DNA of 59,581 nucleotides from Bacteroidales bacterium. GTDB taxonomy: Bacteria > Bacteroidota > Bacteroidia > Bacteroidales > UBA932. Of the stretch, positions 8,601 through 16,136 are shown in pieces; positions within the stretch are counted from its first letter, which is position 1; each line of letters opens with the position of its first letter. A program made the translations under genes and the position numbers. The stretch covers positions 1 through 59,581 of the forward strand of contig JAKSKG010000001.1 of assembly GCA_024401805.1 (NCBI GenBank), read 5' to 3'. The notes beneath the pieces were generated by a model. It saw only the letters and a list, made by a program, of their open reading frames with translations. It made no database searches and was not told the DNA's origin.

Positions 8601-9315
8601 GCGGGCACATCACGATTCCGTCGAACTGAGGGCCGCCGAGAGGGGTGGCCTCACCTGTGGCGTAGTCGATGGTTGCCTTGCGGGTGGTGCTGGTGAGAAT
8701 CACGCTCTTCTCGAGGCTTGCGAACTCATCCTCGGCAAAGCCGGTTCCCTCTACGAGGCTGACCTCCACTGCAGACAGTTTGTGACTGAGGGCGATAGGG
8801 ATTGCAGACTGCACCGGCGTGACGTTCTTGGCCTTGCCCCAAAGGAAGTCTGATGCCTCGTAGCCGCTGAGGGCTGTTGCGGTGGCCTCTGCACTCTGGT
8901 CCTTCTTCACCTCGAAGCCGGCAGCGTTCACATCCTTGATGTTTGCCTGATACGGATAGTAGGCGTACAGGTCCGCGTGGGTGTTGATGTCCTTGTAGTA
9001 AACAGGCTTGACAGGGTTCCACTTGAAGTTGTTCCCGTCAAAGACGTACTTCACGTTGTCAGCCTGGTTGCCCTCCGAAAGAAGGGTTCCGGCCACGGCG
9101 TTGTCGTCCGTATAGTTCACTGCGAACAGACCGAGGGCGTCCTTGTCCACAAAGCCATCGGCCGTGGCCTTGGTATGTTTCTGGTTGATGGAACTGCTGA
9201 TGTTCAGCGGTATCATATCACCAGTCTGTTCTGGTCCGAATGTCGGTTCCTTTGTACAACCCGCAAAAAGTGCGGCGACGGCAAAGGCCATCAAAGACAA
9301 ATGTTTCAGTTTCAT
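5677..9315 (-). CDS. Multidomain lipoprotein: fimbrillin + BspA-type LRR + BACON-like + peptidase M64
   Basis: Lipobox FAGC; YAYYPY/SDFLWG; IGxxAFxxC LRRs; WVTVTPASGTG; IDIVFVGDGY and HEAGGHGFGKLGDEY zinc motif. Confidence 0.85.
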   Translation of the reverse strand: MKLKHLSLMAFAVAALFAGCTKEPTFGPEQTGDMIPLNISSSINQKHTKATADGFVDKDALGLFAVNYTDDNAVAGTLLSEGNQADNVKYVFDGNNFKWNPVKPVYYKDINTHADLYAYYPYQANIKDVNAAGFEVKKDQSAEATATALSGYEASDFLWGKAKNVTPVQSAIPIALSHKLSAVEVSLVEGTGFAEDEFASLEKSVILTSTTRKATIDYATGEATPLGGPQFDGIVMCPQEGGSWRAIVIPQAVAAGTQLFAITVNGVSYKFSQGNATEYQAGKQMTVDITVNKKTPSGDLDLTLADTQITDWTEDKNSHGGEARQYFVVNVEEPGTLGATIKSMGKNPDKIRNLKVVGNVRDDDFYFMRDSMAILEAVNMKESVVAAPHQQTQLVVASSTSNLYKIFCKALGKPDEIRYKYDGYWYDKGNIIPRDAFKDKQTLCYFCFPEYIEGIGETAFAGTKLSGSLVIPDAVELILYSAFSGTNIGNVSFPNNIYYLGNGAFEGCSSLCGTLNLPSQLQYIGERAFKLCEFSGELHLPENLEFIGLDAFYGAGRFVGGLKIPDKITKLYRSTFYSCFFSGNLDLNNVRSFEGENIFQYCGFSGELIIPEGVVSIPDRFIFSDFGKLSSVVFPSTLKEIGDFAFCYQPLSKVVSFPEGFQVIRERAFGGCSHIVGIELPSTIQTIQQDAFRDCYGISNIVCKSVEPPTVVSGAFTGVAKDNFTVEVPAQSVKRYQAEPGWSDFKRIAAHYDFSVSRERMRALNAAQERTYTLRAPAEYKWRIDSIPDWVTVTPASGTGKTDIIVSVSKMDPTSGKFEVNEGTYNQPNYQKYSGRNGAVIFKIDELGIDYTCSLEIEQYDSEYSDGEVIKKQSATVNHGIDIVFVGDGYDAKDIAKGTFDSNVQEGINAFFDIEPYKTYKEYFNVYAVVSQSDDSGIGTVNTVVDTKFGTYFTQNRIKVPASEPIFTWAKKADAGIDFTKALVINLLNTSAYEGICAMYADGSAIAFCPVSRDAYPYDFRGIIQHEAGGHGFGKLGDEYIYHNAFIQTCDCKDGCDHPKGDNDNYSSYGIFKSLGWYKNLSMNGDMHQVPWAHLIYNPQYSNYVDMYEGGYMHSRGVYRSEATSCMNNNIPYYSAISRQAMVERIMSITGEEFTLEKFYAKDKDDFGTIPATKSSATPINRTYGVDPLWNRGSEEGSVVYMGEHPDYSKIK

Positions 9316-9350
9316 TGTATTAGTTTTTTACGTTTGTTCCGGTTGGAAGG

Positions 9351-9431
9351 AGATGCTGAAACAAGTTCAGCATGACGTCGTGAGGTTCAGCATGACGTAT
9401 AGGGGTTCAGCATGACATCCCACGTCATTCC
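9351..9431. repeat. CGTC-tagged REP-like palindrome plus three 12-bp direct repeats at 20-nt period
   Basis: Hairpin ATGCTGAA-ACAAG-TTCAGCAT; GTTCAGCATGAC at 9365, 9385 and 9405. Confidence 0.8.
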
Positions 9432-10354
9432 GCTCCGCCGCTGATGTGACCGCCGTCACCCCAGTCATCTATGACAATGCCCACGCTCTGAGGGACTTCC
9501 GTCCAGGTGCTGCATCCGAACGGATACAGGTTGCCCGCCTTGAAAGGATATGATGCCGGGATGTTCTTTACACAGTCATACTGTTTCTTGTCATTGTCCA
9601 GTATGCTGACAACAAGGCTGCACCCGGAGAAATCCACAGGGGCGCACATCAGATAGATGTAGACCTGACTCTCCTGCTCGATTGTGAAATCGTCGAGCAC
9701 TACCGACAGTTCCCGGGACTTGGCGTCTCCCGTTATCACGGGAGTCTGTTCCTCCAGATTATAATGTCCGTCCAGCACGAACCCTGCAGATGGGGCCGTT
9801 ACGGTGAGCTGGCGGTATGTCCCCGGAGCAAGCTTCGCATTGAACCTGAGTATGCTCCCCAGATGATGGTAGTTCAGGGATATGGCATTGTCCTGGACGG
9901 TGGCCTTATCGGCTGCCATATAGTCGTACTTGCCGAAGTGCCCGAAGTCGGATGGACCGTTCTGCCTCTGTCCAGTGAACGAAACCGGGATATGTTTTCT
10001 GTCAAGATGGTAGTCAGCGATGAACGGATAGTAGCTGTAATACGACGAACCGCTTCTGAAAGCCCAGCCGCCTCCGTCGAAGACCGCCGAATTGGTTCCT
10101 GCCCCGGAGGTCATCTCGAAGAAGAGCTGCGATCCCTTGTTGGGATAGATGCCTACCGTGTCATTAGCAGCCCACTGAAAACTCTGGTCATTATTGGTGA
10201 TGACCGTTCTGGTAAGTCCGTCGTTGACAATGAAGTCGTCCGCGATGAACGATACTGTCTTCACGCCGGTGTATTCCTGAAATCCATCCCGCTTGGAACA
10301 GCCGGACACTGCCGCAGCAACAAGCATCACGGCAAGAAATATCATTTTTCTCAT
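9425..10354 (-). CDS. Fimbrillin family lipoprotein
   Basis: Lipobox VSGC; TRT...WAANDTVGIYP; YYSYYPF, YDYMAA; C-terminal IDDW strand. Confidence 0.8.
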   Translation of the reverse strand: MRKMIFLAVMLVAAAVSGCSKRDGFQEYTGVKTVSFIADDFIVNDGLTRTVITNNDQSFQWAANDTVGIYPNKGSQLFFEMTSGAGTNSAVFDGGGWAFRSGSSYYSYYPFIADYHLDRKHIPVSFTGQRQNGPSDFGHFGKYDYMAADKATVQDNAISLNYHHLGSILRFNAKLAPGTYRQLTVTAPSAGFVLDGHYNLEEQTPVITGDAKSRELSVVLDDFTIEQESQVYIYLMCAPVDFSGCSLVVSILDNDKKQYDCVKNIPASYPFKAGNLYPFGCSTWTEVPQSVGIVIDDWGDGGHISGGAE

Positions 10355-10365
10355 AGGCGGGTTCA

Positions 10366-10518
10366 TTACCATCTGAAATCCATTTCCGGATTAACAATAA
10401 TGTCATCTCCTGTCCCGTCTCCGGATGATGCATCCAGAATAGGGTTTGACAGTTGAATCTCTACAATCTCTGATTCCGGACTCAGATATCCGGAGGCCTT
10501 TTCAATGGAATTTGTCAT
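10366..10518 (-). CDS. 50-aa YxxP micropeptide MTNSIEKASGYLSPESEIVEIQLSNPILDASSGDGTGDDIIVNPEMDFRW
   Basis: Translated by hand; first ORF after the TAAATTTG promoter element; alternative in-frame ATG at 10524. Confidence 0.75.
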   Translation of the reverse strand: MTNSIEKASGYLSPESEIVEIQLSNPILDASSGDGTGDDIIVNPEMDFRW

Positions 10519-10550
10519 ATGCATATGATTTATTAACATTCGAATTCCCG

Positions 10551-10599
10551 CAAATTTATTCAGTGGTCATTCCCCAATCAAGTCCATTCTGGTCCATTT
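10551..10599 (-). promoter_or_regulatory. Promoter of the micropeptide-pilin operon with 27-bp upstream element, copy 1
   Basis: Minus strand AAATGGACCAGAATGGACTTGATTGGG-N14-TAAATTTG. Confidence 0.75.
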
Positions 10600-10665
10600 A
10601 CTCTTTCGTGTGCATTGTCGCCTAAAATGTTTATTTTTGTAAAACTTGTTTGTAAACCGCCAATA

Positions 10666-11895
10666 ATGAGAATAGGCAGGATACTTTTGCTTTTGATGCC
10701 CGTGACGATGCTCTGCTGCTGTGTGCAGAGGCCGGATGCGGAGGACTTCCTTGCACCGGAACTGGGGGACGTGTCGGTGAGAGTTGACGAATACAAGGCG
10801 GCCCTGAGCTGTACGGTGCAGAATGTCAGGGAAGGCGAGACTTTCGGTTTCAAATACGGGGAGCCCGAAGGAATGATAACCGTAATAAACGCGACACCTG
10901 AGAATGGACTGCTCAAGGCAGAAATCATAGGGCTTGAAGCGCCTGCCGAATATGTTGCTGCGGCTTTCGCGTCCAGCGGAAAGGATGAGATAACGTCAGC
11001 TCCGGTAAAATTCACGGTAAAGGAAGAAGGCGGTGCAATTGCGGTTATTACGGATCCGGTATTCAGGAGATATTGTCTCGCCAATTTTGATACTAATGCA
11101 GATGGCAGGATTTCCGCCGGTGAAGCGTCCCTGATAACGGTGGTAAATGTCTGCACGGACAGTATCCATACAGTCAAGGGGATAGAATATTTCCCGAATC
11201 TTCTGGAACTCCATGCCAGAGGAGGGATGCAGGATGGAGAGTTTATCGCTAAAGGGCAGTTGATGTCCCTGGACGTAAGCGGAAATCCTCATCTGAGAAT
11301 AATCGACTGTCAAGATAACAAGCTGCGTGAACTTGATTTGTCCCACAATACGGAGCTCAGACAATTGAATGCCAGCTGGAACAGCCTCACCTCAATCGAC
11401 GTAACAATGCTCCCGCTTCTTTACGATTTTAACATGAGCATGAATTGTGATATCACATCTGTGGACCTCACGAAGAACACCAGACTCTCGGCATATCACG
11501 GCAACGGGCTGAATCTTTCCGGGACTCCGGACCTCTCTAACTGCCGCTCCCTGTCAAGCCTTCATTTCGGAGGCACTGGAGGAGGGAAATGGATAGACAG
11601 GCCTGACTTCCTGTCCCAATGGCCCGAGTTATTTGGTGCCAACATCAGTGGTTTTCCGCTTGATGAGATAGACCTCTCCGGAAATCCCAAGATGGAAGCT
11701 ATATGGGCAGACGATATGCCTATTATGGAGGTTTTCGACCTGAGTCCGCTGGAAAGGCTGAGGAAAGTCTATGTAGGTCGTTGTCCAAAACTCAAAAAGA
11801 TACTTGTCAACGATGCCGTAGACATAAGCCGTCTGTATATTGGAAGAGAAGGGACAGGGGAACTTGATGTCAGGCACAAATCTGAAATGGACTAA
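10666..11895 (+). CDS. Leucine-rich-repeat surface lipoprotein (internalin-like LRRs)
   Basis: Signal ending in LCCC; DPVFRRYCLANFDTNADGRISAGEA cap; GIEYFPNL and LxxLDLSxN repeats; TATTTTTG upstream. Confidence 0.82.
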   Translation: MRIGRILLLLMPVTMLCCCVQRPDAEDFLAPELGDVSVRVDEYKAALSCTVQNVREGETFGFKYGEPEGMITVINATPENGLLKAEIIGLEAPAEYVAAAFASSGKDEITSAPVKFTVKEEGGAIAVITDPVFRRYCLANFDTNADGRISAGEASLITVVNVCTDSIHTVKGIEYFPNLLELHARGGMQDGEFIAKGQLMSLDVSGNPHLRIIDCQDNKLRELDLSHNTELRQLNASWNSLTSIDVTMLPLLYDFNMSMNCDITSVDLTKNTRLSAYHGNGLNLSGTPDLSNCRSLSSLHFGGTGGGKWIDRPDFLSQWPELFGANISGFPLDEIDLSGNPKMEAIWADDMPIMEVFDLSPLERLRKVYVGRCPKLKKILVNDAVDISRLYIGREGTGELDVRHKSEMD

Positions 11896-11933
11896 AATGG
11901 ACTTGATTGGGCTCGTCGCGATAGGTACTTTTG
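11885..11933 (+). promoter_or_regulatory. Promoter of the putative regulator gene with 27-bp upstream element, copy 2
   Basis: AAATGGACTAAAATGGACTTGATTGGG-N14-TACTTTTG. Confidence 0.75.
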
Positions 11934-11952
11934 CCTGTCAAAACGAACCGAT

Positions 11953-12534
11953 ATGAACCAGAAGATGAGCAAAACCATCCCGGAATTGAATTACCTGCTT
12001 TCGGAAGTGGAGAAACACTATGGCCGCAGGATATCCACGTCAACCGACTTCGAAGCCCTGTCCGTGGTGATAGAGCACGATATCAACGAGATTGTGTCTG
12101 CGTCCACTCTCAAGCGTCTGTGGGGCTATGTCACAAGCAATCCTATACCACGCGTGTCCACTCTTGACGTGTTGAGCCGATACATCGGCTACAAGGATTT
12201 TCTGGATTTCTGTGATACAATCAAGAATACTCCTGCGTTCGAGTCCGGTTTTTTCAGCTCAAAATGTATAAACACCACCGAACTCAGCGCAGATTGTATT
12301 GTCAGGATAGGCTGGCATCCCAACCGCTTGGTCAGTCTGCAGTATCTCGGCAATTACAGGTTCAAAGTAAAAGATTCCATAAACTCCCAACTCAAAGAGG
12401 GCGATGAATTCGAAGCGACAAGCTTTGTGCTCGGATACCCTCTTTACATCCCAAGGATATTCAGGGACGGGGAATACACGCAGTCGTATATTGCCGGCAG
12501 CAACGACGGGCTTTCTGTCCTTGATACAGAATAA
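11953..12534 (+). CDS. Putative DNA-binding regulator (helical N-terminal domain with SASTLKRLWGYV, beta-rich C-terminal domain)
   Basis: HTH-like DFEALS...VSASTLKRLWGY...STLDVLSRYIGY; no signal peptide; function is inferred. Confidence 0.6.
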   Translation: MNQKMSKTIPELNYLLSEVEKHYGRRISTSTDFEALSVVIEHDINEIVSASTLKRLWGYVTSNPIPRVSTLDVLSRYIGYKDFLDFCDTIKNTPAFESGFFSSKCINTTELSADCIVRIGWHPNRLVSLQYLGNYRFKVKDSINSQLKEGDEFEATSFVLGYPLYIPRIFRDGEYTQSYIAGSNDGLSVLDTE

Positions 12535-12539
12535 GATTT

Positions 12540-13517
12540 CTAGAATATCACTCCGATTCCGAGTTCCAGGTCGAAATATCTGAGCCCGGTATTGTTTACG
12601 CCCACACTGAGTGCGAGGCTTCCAAGGTGAACGGCGGCTCCCAGATCGAGCAAAACGCCCGTATATGACGCATCTGTGACACGAGCCCATCTGCCGGAAT
12701 AATCCTGCCACAGCATATCCGCGATGCCATATCCAGCACCTGCATAAGCGATAAGCCACGGAGTGGCACTGAATGACGCTCCGACAGATGCGGCGAGTCT
12801 GGAGAATGACGATTTCCCATTGGTCCAGATAATTCCTCCGGAAGTCTCGCCCCTTGAATTGCAGCCGTATTCCTTTGTCTTGAATGAGTAATTGCTGCGG
12901 AACTTGACGTAGCCGCCCCATCTGCCAGACAAAGTTCCCACCATAGCGCCATAAGAGATATCCGGAGTAATCCCCGCAGAAGCCAGAATGAAATATGATA
13001 TCTTGTCGGCAGGAGGGACAGGAACAGGTACAACAGGGGCCTTTTCTTCCTTTGCAACAACGGGCTCGGGCATCTCTTTTTTATACTGAATAAGATGTAT
13101 TATCGTATCCTTATTGATGGAAGTTTGGAGAATCTCCACCTGGCCCAGAACTTCTTTGATGAATGCAGTATCCACTACCTGGATATGTTCGACACGCCGC
13201 ACAGTATCAACCTTGACAAGGTTTCCTGTTTCAGCCCTGTCTACAGGGGCTTTCGCCAGCGAAATGATACCCTTGTACCTGTTCTGGATATTTACGAAAC
13301 GTTCTGTCTGCTCCTCATCCATTTTTCCGACAGGTGACTTCAGCAGGTCGTTGAAATCCTTTGTCATCGTGTTTATCTCGCGTGTGGACCTGTGGTTCAG
13401 GCAGGCTTCGCAGAGGGCCTCGTATTTGTCGAGTACCCTGTCCCAGAATGTGCGCGCGTCCTGCTGAGGCGCAGCGGCAAACAAAATACCGGACAGAATG
13501 AGGGTGAGCAGTTTCAT
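12540..13517 (-). CDS. Exported protein with C-terminal outer-membrane beta-barrel-like domain
   Basis: Signal peptide; alternating strands YAGAGYG, LDLGAAVHL; terminal LGIGVIF. Confidence 0.65.
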   Translation of the reverse strand: MKLLTLILSGILFAAAPQQDARTFWDRVLDKYEALCEACLNHRSTREINTMTKDFNDLLKSPVGKMDEEQTERFVNIQNRYKGIISLAKAPVDRAETGNLVKVDTVRRVEHIQVVDTAFIKEVLGQVEILQTSINKDTIIHLIQYKKEMPEPVVAKEEKAPVVPVPVPPADKISYFILASAGITPDISYGAMVGTLSGRWGGYVKFRSNYSFKTKEYGCNSRGETSGGIIWTNGKSSFSRLAASVGASFSATPWLIAYAGAGYGIADMLWQDYSGRWARVTDASYTGVLLDLGAAVHLGSLALSVGVNNTGLRYFDLELGIGVIF

Positions 13518-13559
13518 CGGGTTGCTAAGGTACATAAAAAATACTTACCTTTGACAGGT

Positions 13560-14411
13560 ATGGATGCTCCGTCAATCTTTTTTTCATCTTCTGACAGCCC
13601 GGTATATTCTTCAGTGCTCGGGTTCAGCGAGATATACAAGCGCAACAAGGACGGCAAATTCCGTATCTACAAGGCCCTGAAGCCGGATTACCGAGGCGAT
13701 CCGAGGTTTGAGAGCCTGCTCCGGAAAGAGTTTGAAATCGGGTACGGCCTGGATCACCCGAATATCTGCAGCATCATCGCATTCCTGCAGGATGAGGAAC
13801 TGGGCAACTGCATCGAGATGGAATGGGTGGACGGGAGCACCCTTAGGGATATAGCATCCAAAGGACCTTTGAACAAAGATCTTTGCCGTAAAATTATCTG
13901 CGAGACCTGCGATGCTCTGGACTATATGCATCACAGGCAGATTATCCACAGAGACCTCAAGCCGGAAAACATCATCATCACCCATAACGGGCACAATGTC
14001 AAGATAATTGATTTCGGACTGTCAGACACAGATGATTTCTATATCCACAAGGCTCCGGCCGGCACCAGAATTTACGCATCCCCGGAACAACTGAACGGCC
14101 AGGTGCTGGATGCCAGGAGCGATATCTATTCGTTGGGAATCATTATTTCCGAGCTTGCAGGAAAATGGTATTCACACATTGCCGCCCGATGCCTCAGGCG
14201 AGAGCCTTCCAAGAGGTTCCAGACCGCAGCCCAGATGAAAAAAGCTGTTTTGAACACAAAACCGTGGTGGATGTTATACCTGATTGCAGTGATAATCATT
14301 GCACTGGTTCTCTTCCTTTCTGCTGAATTTATTGGCAGGCAGAGGGAAAAAGCCTTTGACGAGGCCACCGAAGCCATTTATAATATCGGGATCTCGCAGG
14401 ATGTCTTGTAA
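13560..14411 (+). CDS. Hanks-type Ser/Thr protein kinase with C-terminal transmembrane helix
   Basis: YKALK, EFEIG, HPNI, HRDLKPEN, DFG, GTRIYASPE, SDIYSLG; hydrophobic WWMLYLIAVIIIALVLFL; TACCTTTG upstream. Confidence 0.92.
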   Translation: MDAPSIFFSSSDSPVYSSVLGFSEIYKRNKDGKFRIYKALKPDYRGDPRFESLLRKEFEIGYGLDHPNICSIIAFLQDEELGNCIEMEWVDGSTLRDIASKGPLNKDLCRKIICETCDALDYMHHRQIIHRDLKPENIIITHNGHNVKIIDFGLSDTDDFYIHKAPAGTRIYASPEQLNGQVLDARSDIYSLGIIISELAGKWYSHIAARCLRREPSKRFQTAAQMKKAVLNTKPWWMLYLIAVIIIALVLFLSAEFIGRQREKAFDEATEAIYNIGISQDVL

Positions 14412-14473
14412 ATTCCGCGATTTTCGTCTTCAAGAAAGGGATTATTTCCTGCCGGCAAGCATCATTCGGGTGC

Positions 14474-14932
14474 TCAGAGATCCCCGCGGTTGAGCACCTG
14501 GGTCATACAATGCGCGGCTCCATAGCCTCCTATAAGGTTTTCAAGAGGGATCCACTCGACTTTCACGCCGTTTCTCTCATACTCGGCCTCCAGATCCTTG
14601 CTTTGAAAGGCTACTGACATTATATGCCGGGCATATACAGTAAGATAATTGTTGGCGTAATGATTGGCATCCTCCTTGCTGATGCGGATGATTTTCACAC
14701 CTCGTGCCTGAAGGAACTCCCTGAAGCCTTTTCCTGAACAGGCGGAGTCCAGCCGATAGGTCTTTTCTCCGGCAGCCCGCACATACATATCCATTGTCAG
14801 ATAGTTGATGTCATTTGAATCCTTTGCATCATAGCGGTTGAAACACATAGTGCAAAGATCCTTGTCAATCACATTGAAATATGTATCCAGATGCATCTGA
14901 TACTGGTCTTTCCAGTGGTCCCTTACTACGGC
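14474..14932 (-). pseudogene. C-terminal fragment of arginine deiminase / amidinotransferase family gene
   Basis: Catalytic MHLDT and GGYGAAHCMT motifs; frame open only back to an in-frame TAA at 14933-14935. Confidence 0.75.
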
Positions 14933-15147
14933 TTATCGCCTATGCCGGAGCCGGTTATGGCGAAAAAACCGTCTTCTGGCAGGATATCGACGGCAATTGG
15001 ATGGACGTTTCCGACGTCTCCGTCAAGGGCGTCGCAGCCGAGACCGGATGCATACTGCATCTGGGAGTCTTCGGCATTTCTTTCGGAATAAGTTCGACCG
15101 GATTCAAATCGGCCGGATTAAAGGCCGGACTCGGGCTGGTATTCTAG
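14930..15147 (+). pseudogene. C-terminal fragment of a paralog of the 12540-13517 beta-barrel gene
   Basis: LIAYAGAGYG...WQD..G.W..V.D.S..GV...G...HLG...LGLVF matches the C-terminus of 12540-13517; no signal peptide or N-terminal part. Confidence 0.75.
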
Positions 15148-15158
15148 ACACCAGTCCC

Positions 15159-16061
15159 CTACCGCTCCACCGCCTTGAGGTTCTGCCGGAGCTGCTCTGC
15201 GGAGCTGGCGCCGACTATGACGGAGCTTACCTCCGGACGGCGCAGTATCCACCTCAGGGCCAGCTGGGCTATGGTGCATCCCTGTTCCAGGGCCTGCCGG
15301 CGGAGTTCCTCCATCATCCCGAAGTATTCCGGAGTAAGGGATGCGCTGGTCAGGAACTGGCTGTGGGTCATACGTGAGCCTTCCGGGATTCCGTTCAGAT
15401 ACCGGTCTGTAAGCAGCCCCTGGTTCAAAGGAGAGAAAGCCACGTAGCCTACCCCGTTGGCCGCTGCCTGGGGGATGATTTCATCTTCCTGGGAACGAAG
15501 CATCATATTGTACTTGCCCTGATATACCAGGCAAGGGACGTGCTGCTCCTTCAGGTACGCATAGGCTGCCGCCGCCATCTGAGGCGGATATTTCGAAATC
15601 CCCACATACAGAGCCTTGCCCTGACGGACTATGTCCACCAGCGCCTGCATGGTTTCCTCGAGGGGAGTGTCGGGATCCGGCCTGTGCGAATAGAATATGT
15701 CTACATAGTCCAGCCCCATACGTTCCAGACTCTGGTCGATTGATGCCATCAGGCTCTTCCTGGAGCCCCATTCCCCGTACGGACCGGGCCACATAAGGTG
15801 CCCTGCCTTGGTGGCGACGACAATCTCGTCCCTGTGGGATGAGAGCGAATCCTTGAGGATGCGGCCGAAGTTACGCTCGGCGCTGCCCGGCTCCGGGCCG
15901 TAATTGTTGGCAAGGTCGAAATACGTGACACCGTTGTCAAATGCACATTCCACTATCGAGCGGCACACATCAGGATCCGACCCGTCCCCGAAATTGTGCC
16001 AGAAGCCCAGAGCAATCTCCGACAGGAGAAGTCCGCTCTTTCCGCAACGTCTATAATTCAT
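15159..16061 (-). CDS. Aldo/keto reductase (YghZ/Gpr-like)
   Basis: LGFWHNFG, FDLANNYGP, TKAG, YVDIFYSHRPDPDTPLEET, FSPLNQGLLT. Confidence 0.9.
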   Translation of the reverse strand: MNYRRCGKSGLLLSEIALGFWHNFGDGSDPDVCRSIVECAFDNGVTYFDLANNYGPEPGSAERNFGRILKDSLSSHRDEIVVATKAGHLMWPGPYGEWGSRKSLMASIDQSLERMGLDYVDIFYSHRPDPDTPLEETMQALVDIVRQGKALYVGISKYPPQMAAAAYAYLKEQHVPCLVYQGKYNMMLRSQEDEIIPQAAANGVGYVAFSPLNQGLLTDRYLNGIPEGSRMTHSQFLTSASLTPEYFGMMEELRRQALEQGCTIAQLALRWILRRPEVSSVIVGASSAEQLRQNLKAVER

Positions 16062-16136
16062 ATCCCAAGATTGATTTCGGGTTAAAATTATGAAAAATAA
16101 TCGGTATCTTCGCATACGGAATTGAAAAATGGCAAT

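Noticed and set aside
9365-9424. Repeat-spacer pattern as a CRISPR array
   Set aside because: 12-bp repeats and 8-nt spacers are far too short, there are only three units, and no cas genes are present; it fits a REP derivative
14888-14899. Palindrome CAGATGCATCTG as the rearrangement breakpoint
   Set aside because: The deiminase-like reading frame continues about 35 nt past it; the junction is near 14930
1-15150. Complete DGR, prophage or conjugative element
   Set aside because: No reverse transcriptase, integrase, phage structural or tra/mob genes recognised
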